Position numbers and translations under genes: made by a program. The notes beneath the pieces were generated by a model that had not been told where the DNA came from, ran no database searches, and saw nothing but the letters and a program-made list of their open reading frames with translations. This document shows, in pieces, positions 19,633 through 29,385 of a stretch of 32,000 nt of DNA. The DNA comes from Polynucleobacter necessarius (GTDB lineage: Bacteria > Pseudomonadota > Gammaproteobacteria > Burkholderiales > Burkholderiaceae), in contig NZ_LT606950.1 in NCBI RefSeq assembly GCF_900095195.1, positions 1,191,946 to 1,223,945 of the forward strand. Reading direction: 5' to 3'. Within the stretch, counting starts at the first letter, position 1. The number at the start of each line of letters is the position of its first letter.

Positions 19633-19939
19633 TTACTCAGAGTGGCATACGTAGTGCACTGGTTGTTCGGCACGAATAACAAAGTAACCGCCCTTCTCCA
19701 CTTCCCAGCTTTGACCGGCTTTAAACTCTTGCTCTGGGGCACCGTTGATGCTTACAAACGCTGTGCCATCAACTACTTCCATCACCTCTTTAGGGCTTAA
19801 GGTCAAAGCGCAAAGTGCTGGGCAATACCACGCTAACCGATTTACGCACGCCATTTGGCAAGGTTACGGTATGGGAGACACACTTACCGTCAAAAAATAC
19901 ATTAGCCTTTTTGCCGACAGATACTTGATCAAATTGCAT
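19633..19939 (-). pseudogene. ppnP: Pyrimidine/purine nucleoside phosphorylase PpnP (DUF1255), frameshifted
   Basis: From ATG 19939: [43 protein letters not shown].. runs into TAA at 19790-19792. The remainder, [57 protein letters not shown], is in the frame of track ORF 19633-19854. The break coincides with ctttgCGctttg (19804-19815 on +), and total length is 300+7 nt. Confidence 0.7.
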
Positions 19940-19974
19940 TAAATTTCTCTCTATTTAGATTCGATTTCTGAGGT

Positions 19975-21207
19975 TTATTTAGTTGAGCGCTTACGTTTAG
20001 CAGTTTCAGCAATTCGCATCCGCAATGCGTTGAGCTTAATAAAGCCACCCGCATCCGCTTGGTTGTACGCTCCCCCATCATCATCAAACGTGGCAATTGT
20101 TTGATCGAATAACGTATTCGCGGAGTCGCGTGATATGACCGATACAGAACCCTTGTAGAGTTTAAGGCGCACAACACCGTTCACCATCTTCTGAGTGTGA
20201 TCGATCAATGTTTGAAGCGCAATGCGCTCTGGAGACCACCACAAGCCGTTATAAATCAAGCTTGCGTAACGTGGCATGAGATCATCTTTTAGATGGGCTA
20301 CTTCGCGATCTAACGTTATGCTCTCAATTCCACGGTGTGCTTTCAGGAGAATGGTGCCGCCAGGGGTTTCATAACAGCCACGACTCTTCATCCCCACAAA
20401 GCGGTTCTCCACGAGGTCAAGACGGCCAATACTGTGTTTACCACCTAACCGATTGAGCTCGGCCAATAATTCATGTGGCTTGTAAGCCTTACCATTGATT
20501 GCAATTGGATCGCCCGACTTGAATTCAATCTCAATGATTTCAGGGGCATCTGGGGCCTTCTCTGGAGAAACGGTCCAACGCCACATAGACTCTTCAGCCT
20601 CTGCATTGGGATCCTCTAAGTGACGGCCCTCATAACTAATGTGCAGCAAGTTGGCATCCATAGAGCAAGGGGAACCGCCTTGCTTATGTTTCATCTCAAC
20701 AGGGATGCCATGCTTTTCAGCATAGGCCATCAATTTCTCACGCGAGAGCAAATCCCATTCACGCCATGGTGCGATGACTTTAATGCCTGGCTCCAGCGCG
20801 TAATAACCCAATTCGAAACGAACTTGATCGTTACCTTTGCCGGTAGCACCGTGCGATACGGAATCTGCGCCTGTTAGGCGAGCAATTTCAATTTGACGCT
20901 TCGCAATCAATGGGCGCGCAATAGAGGTTCCCAACAGATACTCACCCTCGTAAATCGCGTTAGCACGGAACATCGGAAATACGAAATCACGAACAAACTC
21001 TTCGCGCAAATCATCGATAAAAATATTTTCTGGCTTGATGCCAAATTGCAAAGCCTTAGCTCGTGCAGGCTCGAGCTCTTCACTCTGACCCAAGTCAGCA
21101 GTAAAAGTGACGATCTCACAACCATAGGTATCTTGAAGCCACTTCAAGATCACACTGGTATCGAGACCACCAGAATAGGCTAATACGGCTTTTTTAATAT
21201 CGGACAT
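19975..21207 (-). CDS. argG: Argininosuccinate synthase
   Basis: A 410-aa ORF: [37 protein letters not shown]. Confidence 0.95.
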   Translation of the reverse strand: MSDIKKAVLAYSGGLDTSVILKWLQDTYGCEIVTFTADLGQSEELEPARAKALQFGIKPENIFIDDLREEFVRDFVFPMFRANAIYEGEYLLGTSIARPLIAKRQIEIARLTGADSVSHGATGKGNDQVRFELGYYALEPGIKVIAPWREWDLLSREKLMAYAEKHGIPVEMKHKQGGSPCSMDANLLHISYEGRHLEDPNAEAEESMWRWTVSPEKAPDAPEIIEIEFKSGDPIAINGKAYKPHELLAELNRLGGKHSIGRLDLVENRFVGMKSRGCYETPGGTILLKAHRGIESITLDREVAHLKDDLMPRYASLIYNGLWWSPERIALQTLIDHTQKMVNGVVRLKLYKGSVSVISRDSANTLFDQTIATFDDDGGAYNQADAGGFIKLNALRMRIAETAKRKRSTK

Positions 21208-21251
21208 GTTTCTTATTCAATCAAAAATTAATGAACACAAATTACAACAAA

Positions 21252-22199
21252 TTAATCTAAGCGGCCACAGAGTAAATACTCCATTAGAGCTTTTTGGACA
21301 TGCAAGCGGTTTTCGGCCTCTTCCCAAACGATGCTTTGCGGGCCGTCAATGACCCCAGCCGAAACTTCTTCGCCACGATGTGCTGGCAAGCAGTGCATAA
21401 AGAGTGCGTCTGGTTTAGCTGCCGCCATCAATTCTTCGTCAACCATCCAGTCTTTAAAGGCGCTCATGCGTGAATTGTTTTCTGCCTCATATCCCATGCT
21501 CGTCCAGACATCGGTGGTCACCAGGTCAGCGCCCTTGCAGGCATCCCTAGGATCTGCACAAATAGTGAGATGCTTATTGGCTTTTTTGCTCAAACGCGCT
21601 GGTTCTAGTTGATATCCCTCGGGCGCAGAGAAACGCAACTGGAAGTCCAAGCATTCTGCCGCCTGAATCCAGGTATAGGCCATATTGTTGGCATCACCAA
21701 CCCACGCTACCGTCTTTCCTTGGATTGGGCCGCGCGCTTCCACAAAGGTAAAAATATCTGCCAGCACTTGGCACGGATGATATTCATTCGTTAAGCCATT
21801 AATAACCGGTACACGAGAGTTCGCAGCAAAACGCTCAATAATCTCCTGACCAAAAGTGCGAATCATGATGATGTCCGTCATTCCAGAAATGACTTGTGCG
21901 GCATCTTCCACTGGCTCACCACGACCTAATTGTGTGTCACGCGTATTGAGGTAGACCGCATGGCCTCCCAGCTGATGAATACCCGCCTCGAATGAGAGAC
22001 GAGTACGGGTGGAGCGCTTCTCAAAAATCATCGCTAAAGTGCGATCATGTAAAGGATGCCAAGTTTCATAACTTTTGAACTTGGCTTTTAACCACGCCGA
22101 TCTCTTCAGCAAATAGTCGCACTCCTCACGAGTGAGGTCAGCAAACTGCAGGTAGTGCTTTACCTGACCAGGCACTTGAGGCTTTGCCAGCGATGTCAT
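21252..22199 (-). CDS. argF: Ornithine carbamoyltransferase
   Basis: FEKRSTRTRLSFE, NGLTNEYHPCQVLAD, DVWTSMG, FMHCLPAHRGEEV. ATG 22199 best matches the OTC N-terminal spacing; the ORF track extends to 22271. Confidence 0.92.
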   Translation of the reverse strand: MTSLAKPQVPGQVKHYLQFADLTREECDYLLKRSAWLKAKFKSYETWHPLHDRTLAMIFEKRSTRTRLSFEAGIHQLGGHAVYLNTRDTQLGRGEPVEDAAQVISGMTDIIMIRTFGQEIIERFAANSRVPVINGLTNEYHPCQVLADIFTFVEARGPIQGKTVAWVGDANNMAYTWIQAAECLDFQLRFSAPEGYQLEPARLSKKANKHLTICADPRDACKGADLVTTDVWTSMGYEAENNSRMSAFKDWMVDEELMAAAKPDALFMHCLPAHRGEEVSAGVIDGPQSIVWEEAENRLHVQKALMEYLLCGRLD

Positions 22200-22350
22200 A
22201 GTTGAGCTTTCTACTAAAGTTTTGGCTTGCATTTTTTTCTTAAAACTTTCAACTGCACGACAATAGAACATAAAGTCATCTTACGGCCACCTCAGGCTGT
22301 TAAGCTAGAGGGTTTAGTAATACCCATCCTACGAAACTTCTTTACGTCAC

Positions 22351-22664
22351 TTGAACCACAAAAAGCTTTTCATTCAAGGCATTACCGCTTCTGGCAAACC
22401 ATTTCGGCCCAGCGATTGGGCAGAGCGTCTTTGCGGAGTGATGGCTACTTTTCCCCTCCAGGTGATTCCGGAGACCCCCGCTTCACATATTCGCCCTATG
22501 TCAGACCAGTGCTGATTGCAAAAGTGAAATGCGTTGTTATTGATACCAGGCTAGGTGACCTCGACCCAAGAGCGCTCGACTTTGTCATGAACTTTGCCAA
22601 AGACAATAGCCTACCGATTGAAGAAGCCTGTGAGTTTGATCCTAAACCCCAAACCCAGCCCTAA
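22351..22664 (+). pseudogene. DUF3579-family protein gene, frameshifted
   Basis: ..KKLFIQGITASGKPFRPSDWAERLCGVMATF is readable in frame 1 (22351 to ~22450). The conserved remainder, YSPYVRPVLIAKVKCVVIDTRLGDLDPRALDFVMNFAKDNSL.., is in frame 0 (track ORF 22227-22664). The switch is at the ttttcccc run. The family motif is recalled from memory. Confidence 0.55.
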
Positions 22665-22694
22665 AAACAAAAACCCGCTCTGATCAGGAGCGGG
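22663..22694 (-). terminator. Rho-independent terminator after rpsT
   Basis: The minus strand reads cccgctc-ctgatca-gagcggg followed by tttttgttttt. Confidence 0.7.
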
Positions 22695-22738
22695 CCTAGG
22701 TCGGATTACGATCCGACCAGCCTAAAACATTTACTAAA

Positions 22739-23005
22739 TTACGCTACCATCGCCTTAATAGCCGCAGACAAACGTGATTTTTGACGTGCCGCAGTATTTT
22801 TGTGCGCGATCTTTTTGTCGGCAATCTTATCAATTGTTGACTGAGTTGCAGCAAATACTTTTGCAGCAGCCGCTTTATCACCAGCGTCAATTGCTCTGCG
22901 AACCGCCTTAATGGAAGTGCGTAGCTTTGAACGCAAGCTGGAATTGTGTTCGTTCTGTTTTACTGCCTGGCGTGCGCGCTTACGCGCTTGTGCTGTATTG
23001 GCCAT
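22739..23005 (-). CDS. rpsT: 30S ribosomal protein S20
   Basis: [33 protein letters not shown].., 88 aa, with GGAGG upstream. Confidence 0.95.
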   Translation of the reverse strand: MANTAQARKRARQAVKQNEHNSSLRSKLRTSIKAVRRAIDAGDKAAAAKVFAATQSTIDKIADKKIAHKNTAARQKSRLSAAIKAMVA

Positions 23006-23156
23006 CTTTAAACCTTGCCTCCATAAATTGCAAAATGCGATTAGTTAAAAATCTTGCGGATCTGCCAGATTTATAAGCAAGCTCGCTAAAACTCGAGATT
23101 CTACCTGAAAGGGGCAAAAAAGCCCAGTCTGACCATAAATAGGTGAAAATCGGCAC

Positions 23157-24710
23157 ATGAACCTGCTTTCAGCCGCCGCCAAGGTTAGCTCCCTGACCAT
23201 GCTCTCCCGTATTACGGGGCTACTCAGGGAAACCTTAATCGCCCGAAGTTTCGGGGCCTCAGAGTGGACTGACGCCTTTAATGTCGCTTTTAGGCTACCC
23301 AACCTGCTGCGCCGCCTATTTGCCGAAGGGGCGTTTTCTCAAGCCTTTGTGCCCATTTTGGGTGAAATTTCCACGAATGAGGATCAAAGTCAGGCCAAAA
23401 TCCTCATCAACGCAGTTGCAACCCTCCTATTCTGGGCTTTACTGCTCACAGTGGCAGTTGGGGTGATCGGCGCCCCTGCGCTGATTTTGGTCATTGCAAC
23501 GGGCTTTCAAGGAGGTCCAGCCTATGAGGCGAGTGTGGTGATGACCAGAATCATGTTCCCCTACATAGGACTTATTTCACTAGTTTCCCTGTCGGCTGGA
23601 ATTCTGAACGTCTACCAACGCTTTGCCATTCCCGCTTTTACGCCCATCCTTTTAAATCTTGCTCTCATTGCCAGTGCCATTTTTTTAGCACCACATCTCG
23701 AGCAACCCATTTACGCACTGAGTCTCGGGGTGTTGCTAGGTGGGATACTGCAATTGGCCATTCAAATTCCACCGCTAGCGCGACTTGGGCTGCCGCCGCG
23801 CATTGGCTTATTGCCGGGCGCAATCAAAACCGCATTCACCAATCCCGATGCAAGACGCATTTTAAAACTGATGGGGCCAGCAGTATTTGCAGTGTCAGTT
23901 GCACAAATTTCACTGATCATCAATACCAACATCGCTTCCCGCTTACAAGCAGGAAGCGTCTCCTGGCTCTCGTACGCCGATCGATTGATGGAGTTCCCAA
24001 CAGCACTATTGGGGGTTGCCTTGGGCACCGTGCTTTTGCCAAGCCTTAGCAAGGCAAATGCCAAAAATGATTTTGTCCATGCAGGTGAACTGTTAATTTG
24101 GGGGTTACAATTAACTTTCTTGCTGGCGATACCGGCTGCGATTGCTCTATTTATTTTTGGCGAACCCTTGGCAGCCGTGCTATATCACTATGGAAAATTT
24201 AATGCCCTTGATGTCTTAATGACACAGCGCGCACTTGCTGCTTATGGCGTTGGTCTCACTGGGTTAATTCTTGTCAAAATTTTGGCGCCAGGGTTTTATT
24301 CACGCCAAGACATTCGCACACCCATCAAAATTGGTTTGCTAGTTTTGGTGGCAACGCAATTAGCCAACCTCGTATTTGTTCCTTGGTTTGGTCATGCCGG
24401 CTTAGCCCTCTCAGTTGGAGTGGGGGCCTGCTTAAATGCCGCATTGTTATGGATTGGACTCCATAGACGGGGCGCCCTACCAAATGCAGCATGGGCAAAG
24501 TATTTAGGTCAACTCTTTTTGGCATTAATCCCTTTTTCAGCGCTTCTTTTTTATGCGGCAGGCGCCCATGATTGGATCGCTCTACAAGCAGAACCTTGGA
24601 TTCGTATTGGTCTATTGGCGATGTGGCTAGTTTTAGCAGCCTTGATTTACTTTGGCGCCTTGGCACTCGTTGGAATTCGCTGGCAAAAATTCTTGCGTCA
24701 TGCAAAATAG
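23157..24710 (+). CDS. murJ: Lipid II flippase MurJ (MviN)
   Basis: A 517-aa polytopic ORF: MNLLSAAAKVSSLTMLSRITGLLRETLIARSFGAS..DAFNVAFRLPNLLRRLFAEGAFSQAFVPIL. Confidence 0.93.
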   Translation: MNLLSAAAKVSSLTMLSRITGLLRETLIARSFGASEWTDAFNVAFRLPNLLRRLFAEGAFSQAFVPILGEISTNEDQSQAKILINAVATLLFWALLLTVAVGVIGAPALILVIATGFQGGPAYEASVVMTRIMFPYIGLISLVSLSAGILNVYQRFAIPAFTPILLNLALIASAIFLAPHLEQPIYALSLGVLLGGILQLAIQIPPLARLGLPPRIGLLPGAIKTAFTNPDARRILKLMGPAVFAVSVAQISLIINTNIASRLQAGSVSWLSYADRLMEFPTALLGVALGTVLLPSLSKANAKNDFVHAGELLIWGLQLTFLLAIPAAIALFIFGEPLAAVLYHYGKFNALDVLMTQRALAAYGVGLTGLILVKILAPGFYSRQDIRTPIKIGLLVLVATQLANLVFVPWFGHAGLALSVGVGACLNAALLWIGLHRRGALPNAAWAKYLGQLFLALIPFSALLFYAAGAHDWIALQAEPWIRIGLLAMWLVLAALIYFGALALVGIRWQKFLRHAK

Positions 24711-24715
24711 GCTAT

Positions 24716-25519
24716 ATGCCAACACAACAACTCGACTATTTCACCTCATTAGTTACTGAAGACGAGCACTTCCCACTAACGGAAGCGGCGATTGCAGTTG
24801 CGCAGCACGCCTATCCTGATTTGGATGTTCAGGGAGTGCTTGATCATCTCGATGAGTTGGGTAATAAGCTTAAGATGCGGATTACTCCTGATACATCCCC
24901 AATTCAGCGGCTTCAAATTCTCAAGCATTTTTTTATACCGAGTTAGCCTTTGGGCCTAACCCCAATGATTTCTATGCGCCTGAGAACTCATACCCGCACT
25001 ACGTACTTGAAAATCGGCTAAGCATTCCCATATCACTCGCCATCATCATGATGGAATTGGGGCAACAGATTGGCTTAAAGATTCGAGGAGTTTCTTTTCC
25101 GAATCATTTCATGATGCGCATTTCACTACAGCAAGGTGAAGTGATCATGGACCCTCTTACAGGAGACTCTCTCCAAAAATCAATTGCAAGAAATGCTTGA
25201 TCCTTACCTCGATGCTAAATTCCTTAGGGCTTCTAGCTCCAGAGAGATCTTGTCTCGCCTCTTGCGCAATCTCAAGATGATTTATTCAGAACATGAACGA
25301 TGGGAGCGACTACTCGGAATTCAAGAACGTTTGGTGATCTTATTGCCAGATTCTATTGAGGAGGTCCGAGATCGTGGCCTAATATTTGCGCAACTCGAAT
25401 ATCTTCGTCCTGCTTTAGCGGATATGCATCGCTATCTCAGCGAAGTGCCAGAGGCAGAAGATGCAGGCGATATTCGCGAGCACATTGCAACACTCGAGAG
25501 TCAAACCAAACTACATTAA
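24716..25519 (+). pseudogene. sirB1: SirB1-like transglutaminase-like/TPR protein gene with two frameshifts
   Basis: Piece 1 (24716-24946): MPTQQLDYFTSLV..YPDLDVQGVLDHLDELG..RLQILKHFF. Piece 2 is in another frame: YTELAFGPNPNDFYAPENSYPHYVLENRLSIPISLAIIMMELGQQIGLKIRGVSFPNHFMMRI..DPLTG. Piece 3 (to 25519): ..LSKNQLQEMLDPYL..ILSRLLRNLKMIY..RDRGLIFAQLEY. The shifts are at the T7 run 24928-24934 and at ~25160-25178. Confidence 0.75.
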
Positions 25520-25551
25520 AACCTGGTAGTTTGGTTTGTTGTGAATTTGCT

Positions 25552-26202
25552 TTAGCTGCTTTTCTTGCGCTGAAAAATTTTATAGATTGCCGCTAACAGT
25601 ACCGGCACAGCGGCTGCACAAATACCAACAAGCACAATCACATTTAAGTTTTGGCGAATCACGGGAATGTTGCCAAAGAAGTAGCCTGCAATTACCAGAC
25701 CAAATACCCACAACATCGCGCCCGTGATATTAAATAACTGAAAACGCGAAAAGTTCATTTCGGAAACCCCTGCCACAAAAGGAGCAAAGGTTCGAATGAT
25801 GGGCAAGAAGCGGGCAACAATAATCGTTTTGCCGCCATGCTTTTCATAAAAGGCATGCGTCTTTAATAAAGCGCTTTGGTCTATCCAGCGTGACCGACTA
25901 CTAAATACTTTTTTACCAATCCAGCGTCCAATGAAGTAATTGACAGTATTACCCGTCACTGCAGCAATCAACAATCCAATACACAAAGTCCAGATATTGA
26001 AATGCTCAGTGGCGCAATAAGCGCCCGCAATGAATAAGAGGGAATCGCCTGGTAGGAATGGTGCAACCACCAATCCGGTTTCTGCAAACACAATTGCAAA
26101 TAGCAAACCATACGCCCAGGGGCCATATTGTGAAATCACGACATCTAAATGACGGTCAATATGGAGCAATAAATCACTTAACTGCAAAAGGGTATCAATC
26201 AA
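25552..26202 (-). CDS. dedA: DedA-family inner-membrane protein
   Basis: ..LLLHIDRHLDVVISQYGPWAYGLLFAIVFAETGLVVAPFLPGDSLLF..YEKHGGKTIIVARFLPIIRTFAPFVAG is collinear with E. coli DedA. TTG 26202 has GGAG 6 nt upstream and matches the DedA N-terminal length; alternative starts are 26214 and 26259. Confidence 0.88.
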   Translation of the reverse strand: MIDTLLQLSDLLLHIDRHLDVVISQYGPWAYGLLFAIVFAETGLVVAPFLPGDSLLFIAGAYCATEHFNIWTLCIGLLIAAVTGNTVNYFIGRWIGKKVFSSRSRWIDQSALLKTHAFYEKHGGKTIIVARFLPIIRTFAPFVAGVSEMNFSRFQLFNITGAMLWVFGLVIAGYFFGNIPVIRQNLNVIVLVGICAAAVPVLLAAIYKIFQRKKSS

Positions 26203-26222
26203 CGCGTACTCCAAAGATAGGC

Positions 26223-26252
26223 TTGATGCGGATATTAACAGGCTCTTATAAT
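26223..26252 (+). promoter_or_regulatory. Candidate sigma70 promoter for miaA (TTGATG-18-TATAAT)
   Basis: ttgatg at 26223-26228, an 18-nt spacer, and a perfect tataat at 26247-26252, only 5 nt before ATG 26258. Motif match only. Confidence 0.35.
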
Positions 26253-26257
26253 GAAAC

Positions 26258-27265
26258 ATGCAAACTGAACCTAACATTCAGCCAATGCAGTCACCAGTAG
26301 TAAATCCCATATTGTGCATAGTGGGACCCACTGGTGCAGGCAAAACCCATCTCGCCATGGCATTGGCTGAGCATGCTAAATCGGTTGGCCTCACGATTGA
26401 ACTCATTAGTATGGACTCTGCGCTGGTATATCGCGGCCTCGATATCGGGAGTGCGAAACCCACCAAAGCAGAACAAGCGTCCGTTGTACACCACCTCATC
26501 GATATTCTTGAACCCACTGAGGTCTATTCGGCAGCCCGTTTCGCTAACGACGCCAAACAGTTATGTGAAGACATTCGGGGTCGTGGACATATCCCAGTTA
26601 CCGTTGGTGGAACGATGTTGTATTGGAGAGCGTGGGCATACGGCCTATCCTCGCTACCAACCGCTAATCCTCAGATCCGAGCGCGTTTAGATGAAGAAGG
26701 CAAAGCATTAGGCTGGCCAGCAATGCACGCTAAGCTAGCCAAAATAGATCCCGAAACTGCAGCACGCCTCAAACCCAATGACTCACAACGTGTACAGCGT
26801 GCGTTGGAAGTGTTTGAGATTACTGGCAAGTCAATGTCTCGCTTGCTGGCCAACTCCCCAAGCGGGGATGGCAGAGAAGGTTCATCAATTCCAGATTGGA
26901 TTAATTTGGTATCGCTTGAGCCGAGTGATCGCAAACGCTTGCATCAAAATCTGGAAAAACGTTTCGATGAAATGTTGCTTGCTAGATTTTTGGATGAAGT
27001 TCGCGTGTTACGTACCAATACCGCTTTACATGCGGACTTGCCCGCTATTCGTTCTGTTGGATATCGACAAGCGTGGGAATTTCTGAGCGGAAATATAGAT
27101 GCTGAGCAAATGCGCTACAAAGCATTAGCTGCAACCCGTCAACTGGGAAAACGTCAACTTACGTGGCTAAGAGCCATCTCGGGAAGAAAAGTCTTTGACC
27201 CATTTAATCCAGCAGAGTTACAAGCGGCGCTGGACTACTGTAAAGCCAGCTTGCCTACAACTTAG
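26258..27265 (+). CDS. miaA: tRNA dimethylallyltransferase
   Basis: ..[54 protein letters not shown]. The start is ATG 26258 or ATG 26285. Confidence 0.93.
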   Translation: MQTEPNIQPMQSPVVNPILCIVGPTGAGKTHLAMALAEHAKSVGLTIELISMDSALVYRGLDIGSAKPTKAEQASVVHHLIDILEPTEVYSAARFANDAKQLCEDIRGRGHIPVTVGGTMLYWRAWAYGLSSLPTANPQIRARLDEEGKALGWPAMHAKLAKIDPETAARLKPNDSQRVQRALEVFEITGKSMSRLLANSPSGDGREGSSIPDWINLVSLEPSDRKRLHQNLEKRFDEMLLARFLDEVRVLRTNTALHADLPAIRSVGYRQAWEFLSGNIDAEQMRYKALAATRQLGKRQLTWLRAISGRKVFDPFNPAELQAALDYCKASLPTT

Positions 27266-28314
27266 ACAACGATGGTTTGAGGGGCGCCTTGAGGGCGCTC
27301 CACAACCTCGCCAACTGTCCAAGCTTTTAGGCCGTGATCACTTAATGATTTGATTGCGGCATCTACTTGATTGGGAGCAACGATAACCACCATACCAATA
27401 CCGCAGTTAAATACACGCACCATCTCAGCATCCGCAACACCACCCTTCATTTGCAACCAACGGAAGAGTTCTGGCATTTGCCAGCTATCACGGTGTAAAA
27501 CTGCTTGAGTATTTTCTGGAAGAACGCGTGGCACGTTATCTACTAAGCCACCACCGGTAATATGCGCCATGCCTTTTACGTCAATCTCAGAGATCAATTT
27601 CAGCAAAGGCTTTACATAAATCTCCGTTGGAGCCATCACGACATCACCCAATGGGCGGCCACCAAGATCATCACTCGGCTTAGCGCCCGCGCGCTCAATA
27701 ATTTTGCGCACTAAAGAGTAGCCATTGGAATGCGTGCCACTTGAACCAATTGCAAGAACGACATCTCCGGGAACAATAGAGTCACCGGTAATGATCTTCG
27801 ATTTCTCAACGGCACCGACAGCAAAGCCCGCTAAATCATATTCACCCGGAGGATACATGCCTGGCATCTCTGCAGTCTCACCACCGATCAGCGCACAACC
27901 CGATAGTTCACAACCTTTTGCAATACCAGCAACAACCATAGCCGCGGTATCTACAGTCAACTTTCCACAAGCAAAATAGTCCAAGAAAAATAATGGTTCG
28001 GCACCCTGCACCAAAATATCATTCACGCTCATAGCAACTAAATCCTGGCCAATCGTATCGTGACGATTCCATTCGAACGCTAAGCGTAGTTTTGTGCCAA
28101 CACCATCTGTACCGGAGACCAAAATGGGCTCCTTATACCGTTTAGGAACCTCAAAGAGCGCCCCAAAACCCCCAATTCCGGCCAAGACCCCCTCGCGCAT
28201 CGTCTTTTTGGCCAAAGGCTTAATGCGATCCACCAAATCATCTCCAGCGTCGATATCGACACCAGCATCACGATAGGAAAGGCCTTTTGAGGAAGAATTC
28301 GTCGGTGCAGTCAT
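27262..28314 (-). CDS. purM: Phosphoribosylformylglycinamidine cyclo-ligase (AIR synthetase)
   Basis: A 350-aa ORF: [60 protein letters not shown]. Confidence 0.95.
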   Translation of the reverse strand: MTAPTNSSSKGLSYRDAGVDIDAGDDLVDRIKPLAKKTMREGVLAGIGGFGALFEVPKRYKEPILVSGTDGVGTKLRLAFEWNRHDTIGQDLVAMSVNDILVQGAEPLFFLDYFACGKLTVDTAAMVVAGIAKGCELSGCALIGGETAEMPGMYPPGEYDLAGFAVGAVEKSKIITGDSIVPGDVVLAIGSSGTHSNGYSLVRKIIERAGAKPSDDLGGRPLGDVVMAPTEIYVKPLLKLISEIDVKGMAHITGGGLVDNVPRVLPENTQAVLHRDSWQMPELFRWLQMKGGVADAEMVRVFNCGIGMVVIVAPNQVDAAIKSLSDHGLKAWTVGEVVERPQGAPQTIVV

Positions 28315-28362
28315 GTTTATGCGGGAAGAATAGTAAAAAATGCTTCGAGATCAGTAGAATCA

Positions 28363-29376
28363 TTGAATTCTAGAGGATTACTCGTAATGGCTGAAATTTT
28401 TACCCCTTTTCTAGCAACTTTCATCCTGGCGTATGCCTTGCGGCCAGTTTGTCTATGGCTGGAGGGGCGACGCATACACCGGGGTGCGGCAGCCACCTTA
28501 GCAGTACTTTTTGGCTTAGGCCTCATTTTTTGCATTCTCAGCCTATTAATTGGACTCCTCAAATACGAAATTCCACTCATTCGAGCACAAATTCCTACCT
28601 GGGTTGCCAATACTCAATCTTGGCTAGGACCAAAACTCAATGAGCTTCACATTCAGTTTGACTGGAGCACACTCAAGGTTGATGCGATCCAAAAAATTAC
28701 CGAGCACATTAATCAAAATGCCGACACGTTAATGAGCTCCGTTTGGGGCACTGTATTGTCATCTGGCAGCTCGGTGATCACGGGGTTTGTCAATGCCGTC
28801 CTCATTATTTTTGTTTTGTTTTATCTGCTAATCGACTGGAATCATTTCTTTAGCCTTCTCAAATCAGCTGTTCCCGTACGCGCTCAAGAAACTGCCCATC
28901 ATCTTGTGATGCATACCGACGGATTGCTATCGCAATACCTGCGCGGAATGCTGATTGTGATTTCAATTATGTCTGCCTATTACAGCCTTGGATTAACCTT
29001 AATTGGTGTCAAAGGAGCTGTCGCATTGGGCGTCTTTACCGCGATCATGATCGTGATTCCTTATATTGGAATAGCACTTGGGTTAAGTTTGGCCTTGATA
29101 TCAGCACTCTTGCAGTTTGGACCAAGCTCGGAGGTCATTGGCGTGCTGGTTGTCTTTGGAATTGGTCAGTTTCTGGAGGGCTTTTTCTTGACGCCTCGCC
29201 TCGTGGGAGAGCGGATTGGCCTGCATCCAGTGGTGGTGTTGTTTGCACTGTTGCTATTTGGAAAGCTCTTTGGTTTTTTTGGCGTACTACTGGCGCTGCC
29301 CATCAGCGCAGTCAGCTTAGTCTTAGTGAAGTATCTTTGGTCTGTGTATACCCAGAGTAATTGGTATCAAAAATAA
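28363..29376 (+). CDS. AI-2E family (PerM/UPF0118) transporter, possibly N-terminally shortened
   Basis: ..FTPFLATFILAYALRPV.., multiple TM segments, and ..FGIGQFLEGFFLTPRLVGERIGLHPVVVLFALL... The only starts are TTG 28363 and ATG 28387, just 49-73 nt from the divergent purM start. Confidence 0.8.
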   Translation: MNSRGLLVMAEIFTPFLATFILAYALRPVCLWLEGRRIHRGAAATLAVLFGLGLIFCILSLLIGLLKYEIPLIRAQIPTWVANTQSWLGPKLNELHIQFDWSTLKVDAIQKITEHINQNADTLMSSVWGTVLSSGSSVITGFVNAVLIIFVLFYLLIDWNHFFSLLKSAVPVRAQETAHHLVMHTDGLLSQYLRGMLIVISIMSAYYSLGLTLIGVKGAVALGVFTAIMIVIPYIGIALGLSLALISALLQFGPSSEVIGVLVVFGIGQFLEGFFLTPRLVGERIGLHPVVVLFALLLFGKLFGFFGVLLALPISAVSLVLVKYLWSVYTQSNWYQK

Positions 29377-29385
29377 TTCGTTTGA

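Noticed and set aside
20620-21183. + strand ORFs (85 and 96 aa) and minus ORF 20907-21125
   Set aside because: They are nested in or antisense to argG.
22227-22350. N-terminal ~40 codons of track ORF 22227-22664
   Set aside because: They overlap the argF start on the opposite strand and have no DUF3579 similarity. This is read-through upstream of the real, frameshifted gene.
24572-24715. N-terminal 48 codons of track ORF 24572-24946
   Set aside because: They overlap the murJ 3' end in another frame. SirB1-like homology begins at ATG 24716.
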